Below, one piece after another: positions 12,201 to 22,637 of a stretch of 64,000 nt of DNA (position 1 is its first letter; the number at the start of each line of letters is the position of its first letter). This DNA is from Monocercomonoides exilis PA203 (taxonomy: Eukaryota; Protista; Preaxostyla). The DNA lies in NCBI GenBank assembly GCA_001643675.2, contig LSRY02000024.1:682001-746000 (forward strand). Reading direction: 5' to 3'. The notes under the pieces are model-generated. The model did no database searches. It saw only the letters and a list, made by a program, of their open reading frames with translations, and was not told the DNA's origin. The position numbers and the translations under genes were made by a program.

Positions 12201-15200
12201 GCGCGGGCGATGCGGACAGAGCCGATAGCGAAGCAGCTGAGTGTGTCTGAGCAGCATGTCAGCTTGACTCTTCCCTGGATGCTGCTGAAGACAGCAGAAA
12301 AATACTCATCTCGCACTTCGCCGCTCGATTTGCTGACTCTTTTGGACTTGTACAACGATGCTGCAAACATCTCCCTTAGAAAGATGAAGAACAAAGTTCT
12401 GTTCTTTGAGATCGAAGGCGAGGCAAAGCTGGCGACAGCACAGCTCATCCACACGTTCGCCCAGATCATCCTGAGCCAGGCGCGGCGCATGGCAAGCGCA
12501 CAATCGATCACACACTCGCAAAGAAACGATGTGGAGACCAAAAAATGGTTTGGGAAAAGAGCATCGTCGCTCAAGTCCAGCGGGGTGGTGACTGCACAGG
12601 GAGTTTCTGTGCTCACTCCTTCGATGCAAGGGAACGTGGACAAACTGGCATCCATCCACGATTTAGTTGTGTGTGGCAACAGAGTGGATTTCGGGACACA
12701 TTTGACACAGATTGTGTTCAATGGGATTGTGGAGGATGTGGCGAGTGTGATGCATCTTTTTGGAGACTGCTCAACTTTGATGCTGGCAGCCCGCTCACTC
12801 GACGTGCTCCAGCGGACTTACAACATCCTCAGTGAGAAGATGGCGTTTCCTTCCTCTTTCCAGGAGATCTTTGATGGATGTGCGGGGCATTCGAAAGTAG
12901 GGGCGTTTGTGTCGGTGGTGCAAGGGCTGCTGGAGACGGTGATGAAGGAGCAAGTGGTGCCTGGGATGGTGTACAACGCGTCGGCCAGGACATTTCTGAA
13001 ACACAGCGGCATTTTGCCACCTGCTGACGCGATGCAGAGGATAAAGATGGCGATTGAAGGGGTTGCTGCTTCTGCTTCTTCCACTGATGGAAGCGGAATT
13101 AGTGGAGGAATCGGAGGCAGTGGTGGAGTAGAATGTGCGGGTCGACTGTGGAACATGTTTGGGTGCGTGATGCAGCGTGCTCTGTATGATGTGGTTGCCT
13201 CTGAAAGCCAAGTGATATCAGTCACCCCGCACATCGAGTCAATGACGCGTTGGATGAGGAAAGAGGAGGTGTATGTGATTGTGATGTCGCTGTGTGCAGA
13301 GATTGAGCCGCAGGTGAAGAAAATCGCACAACTGTGTCGGAATGTGGCGGCGGCTTTGCCGTTTGTGGGGAGAAACACACCTGAATTCGATGGGTCTGGA
13401 AAGGAGCATAAAGAATTCTATTCAAAGAGAAGAGAATGTCTCCAGGCGAAGCTGGGGGCAGTGAAGGAATTTGCGTTGGCGCTGACGAGGTTGGGAAATA
13501 TTTTGGCGGTTGTGATGATGTTCGAGGATGCGATGGCAGCAGAAGACGTGGTGAAGATGAACACAGGCGCAGCAGCTAGCATTTACGGCCTGCGGAGTGC
13601 GTTTCCTGCAGCGAGGGAGCTTCCAGAGTGGACAGCAAAGATCAACCCGGTGCCGCGTTCAGATAACGACCTGGACAAAAGAAAAGAAGAAATTGAGAGG
13701 AGAAGCAGGAAGCAACGAGGAGAAAAGGGGAAATTGACTTTGGATCCGAAGGAGCTTTTGATGACAGCTTTGATGGACGAGTCAAAGGAGAGAGGGTTTA
13801 GTGTGGCGGCGCTGGAGGCGAGCGAGACGATGCAAGGGAACCGGCCGTTGCTGAGCTTCTGTTTGGCGTGCATTGGCAAGGCGATTGCGAAGGAGAGAGA
13901 CGAAAGCAGAGCAGCGTCACCCAAAAAAATGGATGTGCTTCAGCCTCATTCACGTGTGACGTTCAAGAAGCCACCGAAGATGACGGCACAGGAGGTGATG
14001 GGGCTGGCAGATGAAGAAGGGGCGGATTCTGAGAAGAAAAAGAAGAAAAAGAAGAAGGCGAAGAAAGGACAGGATGAATTAAGTGAATCTTCTTCTTCTG
14101 CTTCTTCTTCCTCTTCTTCCTCTTCATATGGCCAAATTGACCCAAAAGACGAAGAGTATCTTTCGAAAATTGACTCACTTTGTGTCGATTCCACCAAAGA
14201 AGACGACTCAACCCCGTCTTTCCACTCCAAAATGCTGTACGAAGTGTGCAATGCACTTGTAGATGCTTCTCTTGCTGCTCTGCCCACCAGCGGCTCCTTC
14301 TCCGCCTCTCTCATCGCACCAGGCGCAGAAGCATCTTCCGCCACTGCGGAAACCTCCTCCACGCCTCGTCCAGGGCAGAAAGCGAAGAAAGGAGCAAAAA
14401 CGACGGGGCCACAGCAAGGCGGAGAAGAGTTTCCGGTCAATTTGTGGGAGCTGTGTGGCGATGGGCTGTGGATGGGGATGCTGGTGATGGTGCACATGAG
14501 TGGGCAGAGCACGCCATTTGCAGAGACTTCTCCGCTGAGCATCACAGACACTGTCATGCTTGACTCTGTTGCTGGGATAACTTCATCATCATCCTCCTCA
14601 TCCTCTTCCTCTTCCTCTTCAAGTGATTCATCCAATGACGATGCCTCGTTCTGCGCAATGACAGACCCTTGGCTGCTGGGCTATCGCACATGGGCAGTCA
14701 CACTCTCCCAGCTGTTCAGTGTGCTCGCATCCACTTTCTCTTCTGTGATGCCTCTGCACCCTCTCTCCAAAGTGCCGTTTGTGCGGTCGACGAGCGAGTG
14801 GGTGGACTGGACAGGCGTTTGCGTGGGAAAAAGCCTCGAAGCGAAGACATTCTCGTTCGGAGGCGTCAGAGAAGCAGAGCTGGATGCGCTGCTGGGCGAT
14901 TCGTGGAGCGGGCAAGGGGTGATTCGAGAGAACGAGTCGTATGAGGTGTCGATTGACCGGTCAGAGACGCCGAAAGCGAGAGGAGGGAACAGATACAGCC
15001 TGATGCGGACAGAGAGCATGGCGTCGATTATGACGAGCCACCCGCCGCGGCTGCAGAGAACTTTGTCGTCGCTGCTGACGGAGAGGCTGGGCAGCACACC
15101 AGGGCAGATACTGTCGCGATCAGCCAGTTTCTCTTCTTTGGGTGGAGTGAATGGAGTGAATGGAATGAATGCAGCATCACCTTCTCTTACAGCGTCGAGG

Positions 15201-16571
15201 GTGTCGCTGGCGAAACTGCAGGAGAAGGAGAAGGAGAAGGAAGAGAGGGAAGAGGAGAAGGAAGAGAGGAAAGAGGAGAAGGAGAAAGAGGAAAGAGAAG
15301 AAAGAGAAGAAGAGAAGAAGGAAGAGGAGAAGGAAAGAAAAGAGGAAGAAATGGAAGCTGAAGGAAAATCGGAAGAAGATGAGAAAGAAGAGAAGAAGAA
15401 GAAGAAGAAGAAAGAGAAAAAGGAGAAGAAAGAGAAGAAAGCGAAAGAGAAAGCGGAGAAAGAAGAAGCAGCAGCAGCTGAAGCTGAAAGGAAAGAAAGA
15501 GAAGAGGAAGAAAACGCAAAAGAAGACGAAAAAGAAGAAGAAGAGAAAGAGAAAGAAGAAGTGCCAACTGTTCTTGTTCCAGAAGACAGAAATGAAGAAG
15601 AAAAAGAAGGAGAAGAAGAAGGAGAAAAAGAAGCAAAAGAAAATTCACGTTCAACGCCTGCGCCACCACCAATGGATGAAGAAGAAGAAGAAGAAGAAGG
15701 AGAACGAAAAGAAGAAGAGAAAGAAGAAGCTAAACAAGCACCTCCAATTCCATTGCCTGCAGCTGATGATGACACATCCTCATCTTCAGAAAACGAAGAA
15801 AGTGAATCCAAAAAACCTCCACCTCCTCCACCTGTACCGCTTCAATCAAGCGATGATGAAGAAGATGGTGAAGATAAAGAAGGCAAAATTAATGAGAAAA
15901 ATAGCAAAAATAATCAAAAAGAAGGAGAAGAAGACAAACCTCGTCCTCCTCCGATCCCGTTGCCAGCAGCCAGTGATGATGAATCGAGTAGCGATGAAGA
16001 AGAAGCACCGCCGGCAAAACCTCCTCCTCCGATTTCTTCTCTTCCCCCAGATGATTCAGATAGCGATGAAGGAGAAGAAGGAGAAAGAGAAAGAGGAGAA
16101 GAAACAAAGGCAAAACCTCCTCCTATTGCAGCACTGCCTGATGATTCAGAGAGCGATGAAGAAGAAGGAGAAGGAGAAGGAAGAGGAGAAGAAGATGGTT
16201 CAAAAGCTAAGCCACCACCAATTCCTGTGTCGAGTCTTCCAGATGACTCAGATAGCGATGAAGAAGAAGGAGAAGAAGAAAAGAAAGAGAAAGAGAAAGT
16301 TAAACCACCTCCAATAGCTTCACTGCCAGATGATTCAGACAGCAGTAACGATGAAGACGAAGAAGATTCAAAAGCGAAACCTCCACCACCACCACCAATT
16401 CCTGTGTCAACAGGAGATGATGACGATGAAGATGATGATGATGATGATAAAGGCAATAATAACAATAACAAGAATGAAAGTGAATGTGCTGCTAAACCTC
16501 CTCCTCTGCCTCTTCCTGCTGATGATGACTCCAGCGATGACTCAGATGATGATAGCGAAGACGATTTTTGA
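9235..16571 (+). CDS. CYFIP: CYFIP/Sra1/PIR121 family protein (WAVE regulatory complex subunit), divergent, with long C-terminal extension (6 exons, ~2190 aa)
   Basis: Collinear matches to recalled CYFIP motifs: DGYQFAATMYGQRT (EGQEYAVMLYTWRS), YLTNVKYTLLKAMSVGMLMIEG ([23 protein letters not shown]), FRYAMSEEERRLLGEMV (TRYNYTSEEKFALVEVI), AVPPRPTQMFVIRS (AVGPSSTQLYMVRT), CSDLGQLWFRE (CCDLSQLWFRE), LDLYNDAA...LFFEIEGEAKL (LDLYNDSA...LYDEIEAEVNL). Five in-frame GT-AG introns. Last exon 11079-16571. Confidence 0.92.
15650..16568 (+). repeat. ~10 degenerate coding repeats, consensus K(A)KPPP(I/L)xx(L)PxDDSxSDEEE
   Basis: Read directly from the translation, e.g. KAKPPPIAALPDDSESDEEE, KAKPPPIPVSSLPDDSDSDEEE, KVKPPPIASLPDDSDSSNDED. 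The DNA motif GATGA(T/C)TCAGA(T/G)AGCGATGAA recurs. Confidence 0.9.
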
Positions 16572-16685
16572 TAATCTTTCAATACATTTCTGCTTCTGCT
16601 TCTGCTTCTTCTTCTGTTGTTTCTTTTTCTTTCACTTTTTCTTTTCAATTGGACAATTTATTTTATCTTTCTTTTCTATTTCTAT

Positions 16686-16741
16686 TTCTTTTTCTTTTTC
16701 TTTTTCTTTTTCTTTTTCTTTTTCTTTTTCTTTTTCTTTTC
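16686..16741. repeat. (TTTTTC)n microsatellite downstream of CYFIP
   Basis: Visible hexamer tandem run. Confidence 0.9.
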
Positions 16742-17498
16742 AAACTTCCACTACTTTTTATTTTTTGTAATCTTATTCAAAATTTCAAAACGATCCTCGA
16801 TTATTATTTTTTTTTTTAATGTTTATTTATTTTTCGACTTTGCTTTTATTATGTTTTGTTCCATTTTCTTTTTATTTGTATGCCCCCTATTTTATTTTTT
16901 TCATATTTAAATTTTTATTTCATCTTTCCCAATCTTTGAATCTTCCCAAACGTTTCAATAAAGTTGTATGTTTCTATTTAAATGACTTCATTCTCACTTG
17001 TTTATAATCACTTTCTTTAAAACTGACATGTTGTTTTCGTGTATTTGTTGCTTGTTTCTTATGAGAATTTAAGATTATTTATTTCAATTATTCCAGTTTT
17101 TTTCCCTTCACCCATTTTTTTTCTTTTAATTTGTTTTGGTTTGTTGCTTTCATATCACCAGTTTTTTTCAATTGTTTCAAACTTAGCTTTTCTCATGTGT
17201 AATGAATATTATATTAATATCTTACCAACGTGTTATTCTTTATTTATACTGTATTTATAATTTCCGATTTCTTGCTCAAATGCAAATTTGAGTTTTAAAA
17301 GCATTGAAAATTATATTTAATGATAATCAAAATTAAAAATTTATTTGCAGCAAATTAAACTTAAACAAAACATGTTCCCACGCAGCAAAATTTCATTGTT
17401 GATTCATTTAATCGAACCATAATATTATTTTGTTCAGAAATGATGCAAAATTGAAATATGCGCGGGAATTTTTGTGCCATTTTCAGCACAATTTATAA

Positions 17499-19151
17499 AT
17501 GAGTAAATATGTTAGCATTTCCCAACTCCTAAAGGATTATGATGATTTTTTCATTGATATTGATGGTTTTGTCCTTATTATGAAATGTTCTGAAAAATAA
17601 GAGTCTAATTATTCATTTCACTTCTCTAGGATCGATAACATATGGCAAAGCTTCACTTTCTGATTGTGCTCAATTTGTTCAAATTCTTCGCCAACAAAAG
17701 AAACACATTTTTTATATGACAAATGATTCTTCTATTTCACTTCCAAATTTGTTAAAAGCATTCAAACAACGCGTTGACGTGTTTAGTGCAGAAGAAGTTA
17801 TTTCTTCTGGTTGCATTGTTCGTGAATGGATATCTCAACGCAATCACAAAATGAATTCAAACGATAGAGAAAGTGAATCATCTGATACTTATCGATCTCA
17901 GAAAGGAATTCACAACATATTATTTCTTGGAGAGGACTCGCTGCACAGCTCACTCGAGAATGATGGAATGTGTGTTCAGAAATGTTCACAGACTGTATGT
18001 TTCAATGAGTTTTTAAAATGAAATGTTTTTTTTATCATTGTTTTGCTTAATCAGAGAAAAGATGACGAGTCATTTGCGTTTAATCAAGATGACATTGATG
18101 CTGTGATTGTTGGATGTAATCGTGATGTTGCACATGGTGAAATTGATCTTGTTTCAAGGGTTCTTTCAAAGTGTGCAATTTTGATATTTGATAAATTGTT
18201 AATAAAGAGGAAAATGTTAATTTCACATTCTTTCCCATAAATTTATAAAGTTCATCTGTGCTGTTCCTTTCTACAGACCCTGATGGACCTCACATGAAAT
18301 CGGACAAATGCTCAACAATAGCTGCAATTAAAGCTTCTTGTGGCAGAGACCCAATACTAATGTGTAAGCCTTCTTCGGTGTTTTGCAGCTACGCAAGGCA
18401 CAGGATGCAGATGCGTCATACGATGGATGGACAAATGTCGTTGGTTGTTTCATCCCGTGATTTTCCCTCCACGGGACGAGTGATTGTGATTGGTGACAGC
18501 ATCCACACTGATGTTGCTATGGGGCAGAAGTGTGGGTTTGACACTCTCCTAACTTTGGACGGAGCAACTTCTCCTCGTCGCATTTCTGAGTCATCCATTG
18601 TTCCAACGTATGTTGTTTCATCGTTGGGTGAGCTGGTAGATAGTATTGATCGATATGACAATGTTGATGAAATCGTCTTGGAGAGTAGGATGAGAAATGT
18701 GGAGGTTGATTCATTGAAGGAAAAAGATGGTAAACAGAAAGAGAGCTATCTTCATAGACAGTCATACCATCGTCATCATTTGGGTGATACATTGCACAAT
18801 GTTTTCTCAGAGTGGAATTCATCTTCGCCAGCAGCATTAGGTCTTTCTGGAACGCTTCATCCATATCCTAATTTTTCTTCTCTTGTTTGCAATCAGCATT
18901 CAGACTTATTGTCGGCTCATTCATCGTCATCCACTCATACCTCTTCGTTATCACCTTCAAATTCATCAAAATTGTCAAATTCTTGTTCTCCGCCAGCAGA
19001 ATTTAAGTCTTCTCGATGCTTGTTGCCTCAAAATCCATGCTCGTATTTATGTTGTTCATCACCTTCTCTGGTTCCAGCGTTTTCTCCTCTTCCTTGTAAT
19101 GTGTCACCAATGTTTTCTTCTTTATCTCCGTCAGTTTCGCCTATGTCCTAA
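17499..19151 (+). CDS. HAD-superfamily subfamily IIA phosphatase (phosphoglycolate/p-nitrophenyl phosphatase-like, NagD/Pho13 type), 4 exons
   Basis: Motif I FFIDIDG(S), split by an intron; motif II YMTNDS; cap LFLSTDPD; motif III CKPS; motif IV VIGDSIHTDVAMG...GFDTLLTLDGAT. Three in-frame GT-AG introns. Confidence 0.9.
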
Positions 19152-19955
19152 TTTTCTTGTATTTAAATTCATAAATAAGCTTTTTAATAACGGTATATAT
19201 TTATAAATTTTAGCAGTGTTTTTTTTTTTTTTTTTTTTTATTCTCCATTATCTTTACAGATTGATATTTTTGTAATAATCATAAAGTTTGACTCCCAAAA
19301 AAATCAAACAATAAAAAATTTTTTTCTTTATAGCATTTTTTGTAGATTTGTTTTTTTATAAAATGGAAATTTTTTCAATATTATTTCTCTTTTTTTAAAA
19401 AAATATTAAGTTACACCAAAAATTATTCAATTTCGAAAAAATAATATTGGCAGAATGTTTTTTTATTTCTTCACACTGGAGGTCAGAAATAATAATGTTG
19501 TTGTTTAATAAGTGGCATATTATTTTTCTTGAGTATAACTTGAAATGATTAAATGTATTGAGATTGAATTTGTTGCTTTATGAATTTTGTTCCACACAAC
19601 TCAAACAAAGATTTTTCTCAACTTTTTTTTTTTATATATCACTATTATTATGAATGAGAAAGTCAAATTTTTAATTATCCAATATCAGAAATAGTTTGTA
19701 GAAAATCATTGTTTTTTCGAAAATGCAAAAATATTGTCCCAATTTATTAATAGAAATTTTTTTTGATTTTCTAATAAATGACTTTTCTGTGGAATAGAAA
19801 GAATCTCATTCACACAACGAAAAAAATTCGATCGGAAATAAAATGCTGTGAAGTCATCTCTTTTGAACATTATAAGTTGATAGTTTTCAGTTTCAAAAAC
19901 AGAAAATATTTCTTTGATGGAAATCTTGAAAATCCGAATTTCATTTATTAAGTTG

Positions 19956-20421
19956 ATATGGATGATTATTCTTGAATCCATATTTTTTCTTTTTACAAAA
20001 TTTCTATTTTAAAATTCACTTTGAACATTGAAAAATTCACACTGCAAAGTTATTTCTCATTTCAAAGAGAGTTTCAATATGATATGGGTTATTCTTTTTG
20101 AAAAGTCGCGAATGTTTAATTTTCAAATAAATCAAAAATTTCATATTTTGCTCAAATTATTTTAAACATTCAACAAACTTCTTTTATATGGAATCTATTT
20201 CTGAATAATGCCATTTCACACATTCTTAAGAAGATTAGTGAGTGGAAACAGAAATCAGAGCAGAATAAGAAATATTTGATTTATTTGAAAATGAAACATT
20301 TGTGACTTTTCAAAAAGAATCACCCATATATTTGAATGAATAATTCCATTCTAAAGAAACAAAAATTTTGAAAAAGCAACACTTAGAAAATAGTTATGAT
20401 TTCTTGAATAATCACCCAAAT
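19956..20421. mobile_element. Degenerate MITE-like element (same family as 51580-51843), apparently interrupted by the 20082-20329 element
   Basis: 19956-19989 (ATATGGATGATTATTCTTGAATCCATATTTTTTC) matches 51580-51613 at 30/34. 20395-20421 is a TIR-like right end (...AATAATCACCCAAAT) whose upstream blocks are spaced as in 51753-51843. Confidence 0.55.
20082..20329. mobile_element. MITE-like non-autonomous DNA transposon with ~61-bp terminal inverted repeats
   Basis: 20082-20142 and 20269-20329 are reverse complements at 56/61 positions. The core runs GGG...CCC and is flanked by ATAT on both sides. No coding capacity. Confidence 0.75.
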
Positions 20422-21729
20422 AAAAACAAAAAATAGAAATATCATATTGAACCAGGTTTGTATTCCCGTTAAATGTTCATTGATATCTTTTTCTTGTCAA
20501 TTTTTGTTTTTGATGAAGATCTTAAGAATTGGGATGAAATTTCAGGTTTTGTGAAAAAAAAACAAAGATTTGTTCCAAACTTTTTCTCATCATCTCATTA
20601 CAAGTCAAACATTCCAATGCATAATAATGAAGAAAATTTTAAAAAATTGAGAAAAACAAAAGAAATTATTGAGAGGAACAATATTCATGAAGCAAAAAAT
20701 TTCGTCCCAATTTTCAATTAATTTTTGATCATTTGTTTTGTCAATTTTGGTCTTTCTTTCTTTGTTTGTTTATTTTTAACAATAAGGTTATGAAACAAAT
20801 ATGACGACCTTTAATAATTCCAAATATTATTTGTAATTTACTGTTTCTCGATTGTTTTTCACATTTCATCGTTTTCATACAAAAAATTTGAAAAACTGAA
20901 AAATTTAAGCCAATGATGCTTACAAAATGTTATTGGTGAGGTGTTTGAAAAGAAAAATGATTGTTCGATGTCTTTATTCGGTCAAAACTCGTGTCATATT
21001 GTTGCTTTCATTGCACACATCAAATACTGAAAATGACGAAAATATTAAATTATGCATTCAATAAAATTAAAAATGACTTATAATGAAGATCTCCAATGCA
21101 ATATTTCTTATTTGCATGTATTGCAACATACAAATCTTTGTATCAAATAAATGAATTAAAATTTTCAGTTTTTCAAATTTTTTGTATGAAAACGATGAAA
21201 TGTGAAAAACAATCGAGAAACAGTAAATTACAAATAATATTTGGAATTATTAAAGGTCGTCATATTTGTTTCATAACCTTATTGTTAAAAATAAACAAAC
21301 AAAGAAAGAAAGACCAAAATTGACAAAACAAATGATCAAAAATTAATTGAAAATTGGGACGAAATTTTTTGCTTCATGAATATTGTTCCTCTCAATAATT
21401 TCTTTTGTTTTTCTCAATTTTTTAAAATTTTCTTCATTATTATGCATTGGAATGTTTGACTTGTAATGAGATGATGAGAAAAAGTTTGGAACAAATCTTT
21501 GTTTTTTTTTCACAAAACCTGAAATTTCATCCCAATTCTTAAGATCTTCATCAAAAACAAAAATTGACAAGAAAAAGATATCAATGAACATTTAACGGGA
21601 ATACAAACCTGGTTCAATATGATATTTCTATTTTTTGTTTTTATTTGGGTGATTATTCAAGAAATCATAACTATTTTCTAAGTGTTGCTTTTTCAAAATT
21701 TTTGTTTCTTTAGAATGGAATTATTCATT

Positions 21730-21733
<4 letters not shown>
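20331..21733. repeat. Long near-perfect inverted duplication: arms 20331-20908 and 21156-21733, 247-bp spacer
   Basis: Identical 82-codon ORFs on opposite strands (20473..20721 + and 21343..21591 -) fix the symmetry axis. Arms extended by eye to ~578 bp, with one mismatch noticed near the inner end. Confidence 0.95.
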
Positions 21734-21765
<32 letters not shown>

Positions 21766-21799
21766 GTTTGGAAAAAATGTCCGGATTGAAAAATCACCC
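21647..21799. mobile_element. Short MITE-like element with internal A34 tract
   Basis: Starts GGGTGATTATTCAA and ends TTGAAAAATCACCC (13/14 inverted match). Flanked by TATTT on both sides. Poly-A at 21731-21764. Confidence 0.5.
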
Positions 21800-22222
21800 T
21801 ATTTGAAAAGATGGAAGAAGAAGGATACATATGATACATCGAAAAATAGAATTATTGTTCTTCAAAAGGGTAACTTTGTCAATATTTTTATTTGATTCAT
21901 AATATTGAAGATAGCATTGTTAATGACTTTATATAAAATTTAAAATCACTTCATTTGACTTTTCAGCAAACTTGTGAAACTCTTTTGCACGCCTTTTATT
22001 TTTATTTTTATTTTATTTTTTTTCAACATTTTTGATAAAGTGATGTGATAATAGCGTTTGTGCATTTTGCTTTCCATGTGTTTTTTTGATTTTCATTTTT
22101 TTAACACTCACCATAAAAAATGTTTTTCGCACCCATTTCCTTAAATATTTATCAAAGTGTTATTTTATGAAAAAGAAAGAAGGTTTTCAAATTATGTTTA
22201 AAACATGAACACCTTTTTAAAT

Positions 22223-22224
<2 letters not shown>

Positions 22225-22264
<40 letters not shown>
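22225..22264. repeat. Poly-T tract (40 nt)
   Basis: Visible homopolymer. Confidence 0.95.
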
Positions 22265-22265
<1 letters not shown>

Positions 22266-22637
22266 AATCATGAATTCAGAAAATTAATAACAATGCTTTT
22301 TCACAGATTTGTTGAACAATGATCATAATAAACTTAAAAAAAGCAATTTTAAATATGTCTTTGAAATGACTGCCTACACACATATTTTTGATGATGGAGT
22401 GCTGCAATAGCCACATTCGAGGAATGATGCCAAGTGCAGCTCGTCAAACACCATCAATGAAATACCACCAACGAAAAAAATGAATGAAAAAGAAAAGAAT
22501 AGAAATGCTGTTCAACAATTAGACTTACAAAAAGAACAGTTTTGTTGATGTTGGAAACTCATCATTTTTTTCATTTTGAGATTTTGCTTAATTTTTGCTC
22601 ACATTCATTATCTGAACGTTTTTATCCATGTGCATTT

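Noticed and set aside
15650-16568. Regularly spaced repeats with variable spacers (CRISPR-like appearance)
   Set aside because: They are degenerate in-frame coding repeats in a eukaryotic gene, with no cas genes.
11408-16648. Long minus-strand ORFs (437, 376, 244 aa)
   Set aside because: Antisense to CYFIP, whose + strand frame carries the conserved motifs.
20473-21591. Two identical 82-aa ORFs on opposite strands
   Set aside because: By-product of the inverted duplication. AT-rich with no protein-like features, so not called as genes.
21715-22280. Poly-A (21731-21764) and poly-T (22225-22264) as arms of a further inverted repeat or retroposon tails
   Set aside because: Flank similarity is only ~14/18 in AT-rich DNA, and no target duplication or RT-related sequence was seen. 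It may be another decayed MITE copy but cannot be supported.
22391-22420. SECIS-like ATGA-N11-AA...GA pattern
   Set aside because: The stem pairs poorly, the spacing is too short, and there is no + strand gene with an in-frame TGA nearby.
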